Assembly (NCBI RefSeq): GCF_006345805.1
Contig: NC_042998.1
Coordinates: forward strand, 178,064,001-178,128,000
Direction: 5' to 3'
From: Octopus sinensis
Lineage: Eukaryota
DNA: 64,000 bases
A program made the position numbers and the translations under genes. Of the stretch, positions 1-12,506 are shown in pieces; position 1 is the stretch's first letter; every line of letters starts with the position of its first letter. The notes under the pieces were generated by a model. That model saw only the letters and a list, made by a program, of their open reading frames with translations. It was not told where the DNA came from and made no database searches.

Positions 1-60
1 TCGACCCCGGGGTAATTTGAACCTAGAAGACGGACAGCATGCCATAAATATTTTGTCTGG
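1..60 (-). mobile_element. Degenerate fragment of tRNA-SINE family A (window edge)
   Basis: tcgacccc...aatttgaacctagaagacggac...aaatattttgtctgg aligns by eye with the family A copies at 9140-9392 and 57331-57562. Confidence 0.5.
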
Positions 61-234
61 CCTATATGTCTATTAATATGTCAATTAAAGCACATACACC
101 GTTTGAGCTACATGATGCCATCCACAGTAACGATATAATTTTCACTGGGTCTACGTCAGGAAATCCGCAATGTTTGTTGAGTTTATAATTGATAAAGGAA
201 GCGAAAGATGGATTTAGTACGAATCTTTATTCAG

Positions 235-337
235 CACAACGATCGTTTCGACCCATCCTGCATCTGTCTCATAGAGGTAGGATATTGTGCATCTAGTTGT
301 GTTGCATCAATCAGTGCAGGCTGTGTCACTTCAGGTA
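235..337 (-). ncRNA. Degenerate type-I hammerhead motif in an inverted PLE pseudo-LTR
   Basis: Minus strand: TAC-CTGAAGT-GAC..(~85 nt)..GTC-GAAAC-GATC-GT-T-GTG, then AATAAA. Helix I is TAC/GTG and helix III is the palindrome ACGATCGT. A9 is altered or missing. Confidence 0.55.
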
Positions 338-371
338 CTTGGTGTAGAAAATGATATTCCAATCGATAAAC

Positions 372-533
372 TGAGTTCTCCTTGGCATGTTGTTCTGGCT
401 AGCTGTACACTGACAGAGGGTAGGATAAGCTTGGGGTTGTAACCGGCGAATGCGTTATAACCCCAAACTTATCCTACTCTCTGTCAGTGTACCTTTGTAC
501 AACTAACAAGAACAACATGCCAAGGAGAACTCA
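372..533. repeat. ~160-bp foldback hairpin at the junction between the inverted pLTR and the PLE ORF
   Basis: gagttctccttggcatgttgttct (373-396) is the exact reverse complement of 509-532; 404-442 pairs with 453-491 with few mismatches. Confidence 0.9.
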
Positions 534-2340
534 TAAACAAAATAAAATAAAATTCCATAAGTCTTTTAACACTTTCCAACAGAAACTGAAAAAAGATATA
601 AATTACATAAAAAGTTCCAAAAAAATGGCACTGTTTTACGATAAAACCAAGAACTTGTACCTAGTAGAAAACAGCACATATTCACGACTTCTACACAACA
701 GCATCATCAATAATTACACCAAGGCCACAAACCTATAACGAAATTAATAAAGAAGCTAGCATTATCGCCGCCAGACTTAAATTAGATAAAAAAATAGAGG
801 TCCTTCCCCCAAAAGAAGCCTTTATAACTATCAAAAACCATAAAAAGAACTTCCTATCTAATCCTAAATGTAGGCTTACTAACAAAGCTAAATCAGAACT
901 TGGCATTAGTAGTAAAGAAATTTAAGGAAAAATCAATGCGAAAATCAGGACTGCCACTAGGTTAGTACAATGCTCCAATAGTATAGAAGTCGTTGACTGG
1001 TTTAAAGCCATTAAGAATAAGAATAAAGCTAGATTCACGCAATTCGATATTATCGATTTTTATGCCTCTATCTCTAAGGAACTGCTAGATAAAGCCCCCA
1101 CCTTCGCAAGCGAATTCATAGAAATCAGTACACAGGATAAGGACATAATCTTAACGCAGAGTGGGTCAAGACTACCGATACAGAGGGTACTTTCGATGTG
1201 AGCATGGGGTCATATGATGGAGCAAGCAAGCATATGCGATCTTATTGGGCTATTCCTACTCGACACGTTGGGCAAAACCTTTCCTGGCGTATACTTCGCC
1301 ATTTACAAAGATGATGCCCTCGCCTTAACTGCAAATACCAATGGAACAGTACAGGATCGGTTTAGGAAGGACATTATACATTTGGTGGAAACCTTCGGAC
1401 TTAGCATAACTACAGACACCAACCTGACGGTTGTCAATTTCCTAGATGTGTCCTTAGATCTAAATATAAACATTTATAAGCCTTATAGGAAGCCCAACCA
1501 TAGACTTAGTTATATTAATGTGTGTTCCTGCCATCCCCACATAGTGTTTAAAAATTTAGTTAAAAACATTAGCAAAAGAATCTCTAGCCTCTCCTCCGAT
1601 AGGGACACTTTTAATAGCGTTGCCCTAGTATATAATAAAGCTCTAAAAGATAGTGGATTTAGCGAGGAAATAACCTATACACCTGCCACCAGTCCAATAA
1701 TAAAGAAGAGGTTCACACCCCCTTCTCACCCGAAGTGACCTTCAATATAGGCAAGTATTTCTTAGCACTAATGGATATACATTTTCCAGTCAACCATTCT
1801 TACAGAAAGCTGTTCAATAGACATAACTTAAAAATCCGTTTCAGCTCAACTACTAATTTTATAAATATAATTGCGCACAACACACAAAAACCACAATACG
1901 AAACCAGCTGTTCATGCAGAGATAAAAATTTGTGCCCGCTAAATGGAGCTTGCATGTCCGAGACCATCATTTATGAAACCACCGTGGACTCTAATCCACT
2001 AAGGACAAGGTTTCGACAAAGAAATACCTCGGCGTTACGGAGGGTAATTTCAAGGCCAGGTTCAATAACCACACCTTGAGCTTCAGGCACTGGGATAAAA
2101 GGTAAACGACCAAATTATCCAGTCATATATGGTCCTTAAAAGATAAAGGTGTCAGTTACAATATCCATTGGAAGATCTTAGCCAAGTGTAAGCCCTACAC
2201 CAACGGCAGTGGAAAGTACGGTGTTTGTGATATTGAAAGAAGGCTCATCTGGAAAAGCAGCTTAGACCTCGCTACATGTCTGAATTCAATAACTGAACTT
2301 TTCGGATCATGACCATGTGTAGCTAAATATTTGTTACGTT
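520..2340 (+). mobile_element. Penelope-like element pseudogene, RT plus C-terminal GIY-YIG endonuclease (possibly Hydra clade)
   Basis: Frameshifted motifs read manually: YDKTKNLY, AFITIKNHKKNF..PKCRL, FTQFDIIDFYASI, FDVSMGSYDGA/ICDLIG, YKDD, NFLDVSL, YRKPN, CSCRDKNLCPLNGAC, IYETTV..YLGVTEGNFKARFNNH, LSSHIW. Clade assignment is inference. Confidence 0.9.
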
Positions 2341-2559
2341 TTTGGTCCCTCCAAGATTACAGATAGGACTTGCTTTCTATATTGTGTCCACGTACAAGCT
2401 TTTTATCTCTTTATACCTTTTATTTATATTTCTTATATATTTTTATATATTTTTTATACATATATTTTTACATATTTGTAGAGAATTTGTTTTATAGGTT
2501 TATTGCTCATATATGTCTAACACATAATTTTTCTGTATTCTACCTTCCACCCAGCATTT

Positions 2560-3065
2560 TCCCTGTGCGAATATAGACGTGTATATGGAATTTTGTGTGC
2601 GCGCGTGTGGATGCGTGCGTGTGTGCGGGTATGTGCGTATATAGATGTGTGTGTGTGTGTGCGTGCATGCGAGTATGTGCGTATATAGACGTGTTTTACT
2701 CAATGTTTTTTATACATTTTTTACACATTTTCCTTTATTTTGCCTTTAGCCTTGTTTTTTCTTGTGTATGTGTGTATGAACTTTTTTGTGTGCGCGCGCG
2801 TATATGTGTGTGTGCGTACATAGACATGTGTGCATATGCGCGTATATAGACGTGTGTGTGCGTGCATACGTGTATGTGCGTATATGGACGTGTGTACGAA
2901 CCTTTTTGGTGCGTGTGTGTGAGGGATTGTAGATGTATATTTTTTTGGCGAATGGTGTGGGTGAGAATGTGTGTTTCAAGCGAGGGTAGATGAGTGTATA
3001 CTTATAGGCGCATGTACGTGGGTGTGCGGGCGCGCATGTGTAGGTATGGACATGCGCGCTCATGC
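2560..3065. repeat. Degenerate (TG)/(CG)/(TA) low-complexity tract
   Basis: Alternating purine-pyrimidine runs; source of the spurious ORFs at 2500-3063. Confidence 0.85.
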
Positions 3066-3961
3066 GAATACTATGAACATAATTTTCTTTGAAATTTCTA
3101 ACAATTATCCCAACTTTCGTTAGAGAGTTGTTAACAATTGCATATAGGTTTTAAATTTCCTTCTCCAACTTAGATGCGAATTTCAATTGATCTAATTTTT
3201 TTTAAATGTTATTCAGAACATTTGCTTTTCAGTATTTGAGAATGTGTTTTAAAAATGTCTTCGAATATCGAATGATAATTCGTATTTATAACACATGTGC
3301 TCACGCATGCACAAGACACATACCCGCTTACAAATACATGCATTCTCACATCCATCTACATACGCACACTCAACTGCTTTCGGTGAAATGGAAATACTGA
3401 ATATTGAATGAAAATATTGGAATTAATTCAGGTGATCCTTGGCTTCATGACTTTATCACACGTTTCGCGCTATCACCGATAATGACATTTAATTCTAAGT
3501 ACTTTGCTTCGTAGATATATGCCGAAGTAGATAAATTTCATCCTGCAGAAGGTCACAGAATTAATTCTCAGGTGACGAGAAACGTAGAACTGTCATGTCA
3601 CATTTACAACTTCGCAGTTAAGTTTCCCTTTAATTCAATATTTCGCAAGACGTGATTTACGAGGATAAATTCAAACACAATGATGCCTTAATTATGAAAT
3701 AACAGAGCCGGTTATGTTTGAACGCTTGTATTTCGGCAACATAAATCACTGTACATTTAATTAGATATGTTAGAATTTTATTAAAAGACACAGACGTTAA
3801 AAATTTTATACCAAGTTGTAGTTTGTTACCACTATGTTCATATTGCTGAGCACATTGCATTCAGTATTAACATGTTGTCTGAGAAACATACAAGTTCTTT
3901 TCATATTTGTGAATACATAGATGTATAGATTGAAATGTGATTATAATATAAATAATAATAA

Positions 3962-4214
3962 ATAAATGCGCCATTTTAAAACCCAGCCAGGCTCATGGGC
4001 CCGGTTTCCCGGCTTCAATGGCGTTTGTGTTCCCCAGCTGGACGGGACACCAGTCCATCGCAGCGTTGCTCATTTTTGCTAGCTGAGTGGACTGGAGCAA
4101 CGTGAAATGAAGTGTTTTGCTCAAGAACACAACGCGTCGCCCGGTCCAGGAATCGAAACCACAATCTTACGATCATGATGCTGACACCCTAACCACTAAG
4201 CCACGCGCCTCCAC
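3962..4214 (-). mobile_element. tRNA-derived SINE family D (V-domain-like centre)
   Basis: Minus: GTGGAGGCGCGTGGCTTAGTGGTTAGG (A box), GGTTTCGATTCC (B box), central GCGATGGACTGGTGTCCCGTCCAG resembling the V-SINE domain (from memory), A/T tail, possible TSD taatataa. Confidence 0.85.
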
Positions 4215-6049
4215 TAATATAATAGCCTTGGCTAAAAACGTAGTTAACGTAGTACTCAAAGCGGCTTACTCTAAATTAAATTTTGTATAGTAATTCTAAG
4301 ATGTTCTCCAACTTCTGTAACAACTTTCTAAAGATCTAAAGTATAAAATGATAATTTTCTACAAAAGAACGAAGTTTGAGTTCGGCGGGATCGTGAAAAT
4401 AAGAAACTGTAGTTCTATCATCTTTTCCCAAGTGCATACAAAAAATATACCAACGCACTTGGGTAATATTTGAAAGCCACTCCATCTTACAGCTTTTCTA
4501 AAACTCTAAGATTTGATGCAGTTTTGATATGTGCATTTTTGTTGAATATTTACAAAGGTAGCTGCTAGTCATATTGTTAGGAATTTCTGATCTGAAACGG
4601 CTTATTGCTTAGCACCTTGATCAACTCTTGTGAAGGAAACCAATAGTTAAAGGTATTCCGGCTATAACCTCTCCGTCTTCTTTCAAGCAAAGCATATTAA
4701 AAATAGCAGTTATGTAATGTTATTCATTTCGTAAACGGTAGATACAGTTCGTGTGAAACTTGGTTGCTATATATGTCAGTCTGGAGGACTACTTGCATTG
4801 GTAACCAAATCGTATTTTTTAAGCACTTAGCTATCAATAACTAACAGCTCACAGATGTATTTAGGGCTAACATTATATAAATGACAAATAGTTTCATTAA
4901 CTTGAAGACTTGCAGGAATTAGTTCAAATTAAATCAGATTTTACCCGATTTCATCAGATTAATTGCTAAAATTTCCAGTGATATACCCTTATGCTACTGA
5001 ATTGACTAAAAACTTCAGGTTTTACTGGAAATTCCTGACTGGTATATTGGTTCCCAAACTACTGTTAACTAAAACTCACCATTTATAGTGTTTTATTATT
5101 TTAAGATCTTATCCAGTTGTACTGACCATTGATTAGATTCGACCTGATAAAAAATTAAAGTATTGCTTTCTTTCTCGCTATTTTCTTTGCTAACGCAATT
5201 ACTTCTGCTCTTCTGGAATATCAATTTGCGTATCATCTTCACACAAATCCACCGATAGAATCGGCAAGAAAACATTAACAAAAGAAAAACTTAACTAAAT
5301 ATTTCCTGGTGAGTAATGTTTTGGCGTACACAGCGGTAAAATTATAGCAAAACTGGAACTCGAGAAAAAAAAAAAGATTATAAAGTGATTAAAACATCAA
5401 ATTATGAGTTTTACGGATGATTTGTTGGAAAAAGAAACTAAATAGATTGCATTGCAACTTTCTAGTTTAGATCGAGGCCAAAGAATTTGGCAAGAAATAG
5501 AAATTCTCATTAGAACTATGCCGGCTTTTACTTAACTTGTATTTTCATGCATGACAAATTCACAAGAAAAAATAAAGTAAACAGTGAGTGTATAGATATA
5601 TTTAGAAGCTTTGGCAATGGAAAGTCAGCAGAAAAAGTAGTGTAAAAAATGATGTCTTATGAGATAAAATGTTTTATTCAATGATATTTATTGTCACGTT
5701 TTTTTACGAGTACAACGAGAATTTGCGTGGAAAATGTCTAGATTCTATGGCTAATTCCACCTATGCTTGTAAAATATCACTGTAAATATAATAAGTACAT
5801 GTAATAGCGCAGTGCAACAAAGAAAAGAGGGAACATATTTTGAATGTGTTACACTCAGATTGTGTACTGGCTAGCGTTGCCAGCTCCTACAGCGTCTACA
5901 GGTTCGTATGATGGTTGAACATTTTCCAAGGAAATGTTTTAAAATTAGACTGATTTTAGGAATGATGGTCTAAAGCTTGATTGATACAGCAGGCATCAAC
6001 ACCGGAGACAATATCAATATCCTTAGTATTGGTTCCTGCTTCATGAACC

Positions 6050-8100
6050 CGACTGACTTCGCATAGATTCATAGATCCATGGTCCAGGTTTGCTAAGAGT
6101 TTGTCTCATAGTGTTAGAGAAGTTTCATAACAGACAAGCTGAGCTTCCTGTATCACTACACTACCCTATAAATGTGGGTAACATGTTTGCTGTAATTTTG
6201 ATACTACATCCGAGATCATAACGGTGACATAATTAACGATGATCTCACTCCCGCTAAACGATGATGTTTATTAAATACAATTTATAAGTTAATGTGTTTA
6301 GGCTTACCTTAAACTTGTGCATTTGAAGCAATTTTTGACGAAATTCCAAACAGGTCTTAAATCCTTGAACTTTACCTATTGTTGTTTGTGTATCAGTTGC
6401 TGAACGGTGACATCTAGGTCATTACTGTACGCTATCGTCTGGTTTTTGGGAATTAAACTGGAAGACTCTGAAGTTCACTAAAGTTATTTCTCGCGTAGTT
6501 GGCTAACAGTATAGATCTTGTTTCCTTCGTGATGAAGTTCTTGCTGCTAAAGATTTGCTTACACTCAGAAAAGCTGCATGGAATTACTTTTGAAAATCCG
6601 ATGAAAAACTTCAAGTCCGGTGGAATATGTTACCCTTTGTTGTCTAGAAAGTTGTTTTTATTTCCATTTTAGCTCTCTTATTAGCGATCACTCACTCTAT
6701 TTGTTAGTTGAAGACCTTCAACATCCACACTATCTCACTAGAGTAACAGCGAAAAAAGAAGAAAAAAAAAGAAACGTATCCTACTAATTGTATTATTTCG
6801 TTTTCGCTTCAAGTAGTCACTAGTTAATGACATTAAGCTACTTTTTTTAAAGACTTGAATGGCTTCTAAATTGTAGACTGCATTAGGAAAGTTCGTTATG
6901 ATTTTCGAGTTGCTTTTAAACACGGTTCATCTCATGATAATTTAATTCCCTAACGCACGCAAAACTAGGAAATTAAAAGTTAAAATTTTATTCAGCACCT
7001 ACCTTATCACCTCTTGTCCCAACAAATTGATTCTGGTAATCAATCATGCATGCAAAAGTTCCAATGTGATAGAATAATTTTCATGATCTGTCTTTAAATT
7101 CCCTGTTCGGAGACTCAACCGTGTTTCAAAATTAGATTTGACAGCCATTAATTAGGTATTTTTTATTGTTTACAATTGAAGCGTTGCGCAGGAAGAGAAT
7201 GAATAAAGTAACAGAACTGAACCGAAAAAATTAACCCTCAATGCATCTATGTTACCAATACACACTCCAATCACACTGGGAGAATGATTATCGTAAATAG
7301 CTTTGCAGTTATTTTCATTATTCCTCTGCTGCTCGTCACTTTTATAACTGACATAACATTAAGATCGACAGTAACACAATGTAACACAATGACATTTTGT
7401 CTTTTGAAAATTGATCCGAAATTACTTTTTTTATGTATTCAGCTACCTTCCGTTTTAATTGGATAAATCCGAGACCCATGTCATAAAAAGCAAAAATCAA
7501 TATAACGAACTATAACTATTATTTGTTCTCGATGCACATATTCTTGGCTTGAATCTAACAACAGGCCAACAAGTTTTTGCCTCATAATTTGCTAAATAGC
7601 CATTTTAGGGAACATTAGATGCCATCAACTGAATACAATGGTTTTGTATTCTCTGAGAAAGATATGATATTCTTCCAGGATTCTTTTCCACGTTACTGCG
7701 GTGTGCTTTCATGAGAAAATCAAACTTCGCAAACAATTTCAATAACCCCAACATTTTTTAAATTACTCTCCAGTTTCGTACAATAGGATATTTTCTCACT
7801 GTATAATGCATGATGTTATCTTTTCTGGAATGCTTAATTCTTTGGAAAATATCTCACTTTTGTTTCTTATACAATTTAAGCTTAAAGCTCACGGTCATTG
7901 AGTCTTCTATTTCAAAAAGTTTCCTATGGTTTCAAAACCAATGTAAACACATCTGTTTGCAGGACACTTCAGATGTATTCTACAAACTTCCAGATAACCT
8001 TAATCGGGATGGTGAACGCACTCGGGTAGTTATTTTCTGCCTCTTTGAAAAATATTTATGGCTCTTAAAGGAAACTCATTTTCCCATCAATTCCACTTGC
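6050..8100 (-). mobile_element. Highly degraded hAT transposase fossil (DUF4371/ZMYM1-like)
   Basis: Manual translation: LLKLFAKFDFLMKAH..YLSQRIQNHCIQLMA (7620-7760); LLLDSSQEYVHREQIIVIVRYID (7496-7564, first catalytic D region); R*TVFKSNSKIITNF (TRW region); NTMRQ-like dimerisation remnant near 6100. Confidence 0.6.
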
Positions 8101-8282
8101 CAGTTAGTTTACACTTCTTTCTAATGCAGTAAATGTTGATGAAAAAGTAGTTTGTTCAAGAAATTACACTATGAAAACACTTGATTCTTTTTTTTTTACC
8201 TTCTTTTTGAATATTTTGTTTCTTTCTACTGTCCTCAGCTTCATTTTCTGCTTAAACGTATTGATGAAATACACACAATGCC

Positions 8283-8317
<35 letters not shown>

Positions 8318-8664
8318 TGCATTTGTATGTGTGTGTGTTGGAAAGAGAACGTTACTGAAATACTAAGATCTTTAATACCCGTATTAGATACCGATATTGA
8401 TACTGTCTGTTCAATAAAAATAAATTACAATATTATGTTACTGATTTTATGACTACGAATACTTTAAAACCCACCCTTTACTTGAGGTGATTAAGAGTGG
8501 TAAGAAAATATGCCAAGTAATATCAGTAATTTATAATATTCTTGAATTTTTAGCAATTGACAAATATTATTAAGGAAGAAATAAAAATTAAAGGAAGATC
8601 TTTAAATTCGTATTACATGGAAGAAACTAATTTAATTGAAATTAAATGAATATTTTAACTCAAA

Positions 8665-9392
8665 TATTGGCTTCAAATGTTGGCACAAAGCCAGAAAATC
8701 CGGGGTAGGGGTTTTCGACGCCGAAAAATGAAAGGTAAACTCAACCTCGGCGGAATTTGAACACAGAGCGTAAAGACGGACAAAAAGCCGTTAAGTATTT
8801 TGTCCGGCGTGCTAACGATTCTGCCAGCTCTCAGCCTTAATTTTTTTAAACTCTGATACTGATTACAAATTACAGCACATTGCCAGCCATTTCGGAGGAG
8901 GGGTAAGTTGATTACATCGACCTCAGTACTCAGCTAGTACCTATTTTGTAGACTCCGAAAGGATGAAAGGCAAATTCGATTAACTGGTTTCAAATTTTGG
9001 CACATTGCCAGCAATTTCGGAGATGAGGTACGTCGATTATATGGAACCTAGTGCGCAACGAGTACTTATTTTATCGACTCCGAAAGGATGAAAGGCAAAG
9101 TCGGCCTCGGCAGAATTTCAACTCAGAAAGTAAGGACAGACGAAATACCTATTTCTTTACTACCCACAAGGGTCTCAACACAGAGAGGACAAACAAGGAC
9201 AGACAAACGGATTAAGTCGATTATATCGACCCCAGTGCGTAACTGGTACTTATTTAATCGACCCCGAAAGGGTGAAAGGGAAAGGCAAAGTCGACCTCGG
9301 CGGAATTTGAACTCAGAACGTAGCGGCAGACGAAATACTACTAAGCATTTCGCCCGGCGTGCTAACGTTTCTGCCAGCTCGCCGCCATATTT
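8665..9392 (-). mobile_element. Stack of 4-5 co-oriented family A SINE pieces, the last (9140-9392) near full length
   Basis: The core gaaaggatgaaaggcaaagtcgacctcggcggaattt(g)aactcag recurs near 8730, 8960, 9085 and 9270; head gccagctcgccgcc ends near 9388. Confidence 0.85.
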
Positions 9393-11187
9393 AAACTGAA
9401 ATGTTAAGAACAAAAAACTATCAAGAGTTCTGATTCATTTGAAAAACAGAAAGATAATTCAGAGAAATTTTTGACGAACTTTATCTAATCGGCAGAATCT
9501 GTTTCTAATACTAGCTGCTGCAAAATTTTCTTGTAAAGATGATTGAAAAATATCTGAATGGCAAATAACTAAAATATGAACATAATTTTGTATCTTCATT
9601 AAGTGATACTCGCGGGTAAAGAGATATATTGTAAACATACAACCTTTTTCAACAGGAGATGAAGGATTGTAAAACCGTTTGTAGTTAATTGCTAAAACGC
9701 TTTCAAGAGATCGTAACTCCCTGGAAACTGCTTTATTCTGTACATAAAGATGATGAACATTTTCTTACTTTTATAACGTTCTATGAAGGAAAATTATGAA
9801 AACATTCCATTAAATTCCTTCAGTCTGTAGATAACTTAAAATTTACTGCAATATCTCTCTTCATCATATACCAATTAACTAATTTGAAGGTCAAGCCCAG
9901 CTGAAGATTCTTAAAAAAGGATGAAATAGTACTATATATGATTATCACTAACTAGAAACTGCAAGAACTTTGACAGAAATAAAAAATTAAATTACATAAA
10001 TATTTACGCGCGTGAACACTTTGTATTCTTTTCATATTCATTGATTTTAAATTCAAATTTCTGGTCTCGCCTCATGTTGTGAGGAAATAGTTTCCATTGT
10101 TAATTGACATCTAGAGGATATCACGCCAGTAAGAAAATAAATTACAAGCATAAATATTGAACGAATATCCGTATTGTTCATCTCACAAATTTCAAATGCG
10201 TAGAACTTTCAATGTTCATGATGACAAAGGCAATTTCTATCTGCGGTGTTATTTCTTATCAATACATCTACTGTTGAAACATGAGAGGGGAAATAATTTT
10301 TCTTTCTGTTGACATATAAACGTGTGGGAAGGAGAGAATGAGAAAAAAAAAATGAAAAAGCGGATGTCATCCATCTCGGAATGTACGCGAGCGCGTGTGC
10401 GTACTTGTGTGTGTTCATACTGCTATTGTAATGATCGCACGCTCAGGTTCAATACACGCACATATACACTCTCGGAGTACGTTTTCATATATCAATGTGG
10501 AATATCTCCGCGGTGGTACATCAAAACTGACACTGCAATATTAACGTCGCGAACAGATAATGCGATATACATACATAGACACAAAACCCACACACACTCA
10601 TACATGGATGCTTTCATACATACATATATACATGCATACATATATATACACATAGAAGCAAATATACTCCTCTCAGAATATATTTATCTAAATACGCTTT
10701 TCTTTTACGTGAAAAAATATATCTGCTTTTGGAATTTTTATATATTCCAACATATTCTTACTGATTAATCTACTGATTAGTTCATGAATAATACATCTCA
10801 GCTGCTAGCCTCTTATGTAGTGATATTACAAGGGTTTTCTGCACCTAGGGATATAGGCATTTTTTTTAGTCTCCACCTTAATTAACAGGCAAGGTAAGTC
10901 AAAGGAAAAATTGCACTATTTTACACCGTCCGGAGACATCTACCCGCTTGGCCTCTTTCACTTTTGTCATAATTCCGCACTTAGGAGAACTAGGAATGGG
11001 CATTGTAGGTTATCACGAGAAGATGGATGAATAAGAATTTTATGCTAACGTTTTGGAAGAAACGTGATAAAAGAAAATATGATCCAATAAATGAACGTCT
11101 AAGTAGTCACCTAACCTGCTAGAATTAACGGCGAAACCTCCTTCGCATCATATTCTACCGTTTACCTCCCTCACGCCATAACCTACT

Positions 11188-11435
11188 GACTAGCTCATTC
11201 ATATGAGACCCTATTGTCAAGCATCTTCGAATAACAAAAGCCTGGTTACATTATGCCAAGAGAAAAGACAAAATGAACACAGATAGACTGTTTATGATCA
11301 GAGGCAGCTTTGACTAGCTCATTCATATGAGACCCTATTGTCAAGCATCTTCGAATAACAAAAGCCTGGTTGCATTATGTCACGAGAAAAGACAAAATGA
11401 ACACAGATAGACTGTTTATGATCAGAGGCAGCTTT
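11188..11435 (+). repeat. 124-bp direct tandem duplication
   Basis: gactagctcattcatatg...gaggcagcttt occurs at 11188-11311 and 11312-11435 with about 3 substitutions. Confidence 0.95.
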
Positions 11436-11884
11436 GAGTTGGAATTAAACAACGTGAAAAACGAAGAAGGAGGTGTATGAGAAGGGGAAGGAGGTGGACG
11501 AAAAATAATTGCTCAGAAAAAGAAAAAAAACAAACTATAAAGACACGCTGGAATAAATGATCCATCTTTATCGAAAATGCTTTTGGGAAGATGGCAAAAT
11601 TTCTGTTTTATTCATTACACTAGAAAACATCAACATTCAAAATATATAATGAAAAATACAAAGTTATGTGATATACTAAAGCAAAAAATCAACTGACGAA
11701 TGTGAAAATTTACAAATTAAGATAGGAGGGTAAAAAAGAACTGACAAATGTTTATAAAATAGAAGAAAGTTTTAATAATTGTGGTAATGAATATAAGGAA
11801 GCCTATGGAAGTATTAATTAAATTAAAGAAGCCTTTAATAACGAAAAGAGTAAATGTATTGGAACTCTCTCTCTCTCTCTCTTT

Positions 11885-12293
11885 CTCTTTTACTCTCTTT
11901 TACTTGTTCCAGTCATTTGGCTGCGGCCATGCTGGAGAACTGCCTTTAGTCGAGGAAATCGACTCCAGGACTTATTCTTTGTAAGCCTAGTACTTACTCG
12001 ATCGGTCTCTTTTGCCGAACCGCTAAGTTACGGGGACGTAAACACACCAGCATCGGTTGTCAAGCAATGCTAGGGGGACAAACACAGACACACAAACACA
12101 CACACACACATATATATATATACATATATACGACAGGCTTCTTTCAGTTTCCGTCTACCAAATCCACTCACAAGGCATTGGTCGGCCCGGGGCTATAGCA
12201 GAAGACACTTGCCCAAGATGCCACGCAGTGGGACTGAACCCGGAACCATGTGGTTGGTTAGCAAGCTACTTACCACACAGCCACTCCTGCGCC

Positions 12294-12294
<1 letters not shown>
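11885..12294 (-). mobile_element. tRNA-SINE family B, full length, with internal (TA)/(CA) microsatellite
   Basis: Head AGGCGCAGGAGTGGCTGTGTGGTAAG..GGTTCAGTCCC; tail CCAGCATGGCCGCAG..CTG(A/G)AACAAG(TAAAAGAG)n. Confidence 0.95.
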
Positions 12295-12337
<43 letters not shown>

Positions 12338-12340
12338 TAT

Positions 12341-12506
12341 ATACGACGGGCTTCTTTCAGTTTCTGCTTACCAAATCCACTCACAAGGCTTTGGTCGGCC
12401 CGAGGCTATAGTAGAAGACACTTGCCCAAGATGACACGCAGTGGGACTGAACCCGGAACCATGTGGTTGTAAGCAAGCTACTTACCACACAGCCACTCCT
12501 GCACCT
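12341..12506 (-). mobile_element. Extra 5' half (head) of a family B SINE in tandem with the previous copy
   Basis: Near-duplicate of 12130-12294 with diagnostic differences (ggcttt/cgaggctatagtag versus ggcatt/cggggctatagcag). Confidence 0.9.

Noticed and set aside
2370-3400. Cluster of ORFs rich in C/V/H/T/Y/I
   Set aside because: Translations of (TG)/(CA)/(TA) low-complexity DNA.
9088-9413. 103-aa and 96-aa ORFs
   Set aside because: Read-through of family A SINE sequence.
10186-10270. Possible minus-strand exon (acceptor ..tttcaacag, MNIESSTHLKF, donor gtgag)
   Set aside because: Splice-like signals only, no homology or partner exons; needs RNA-seq.
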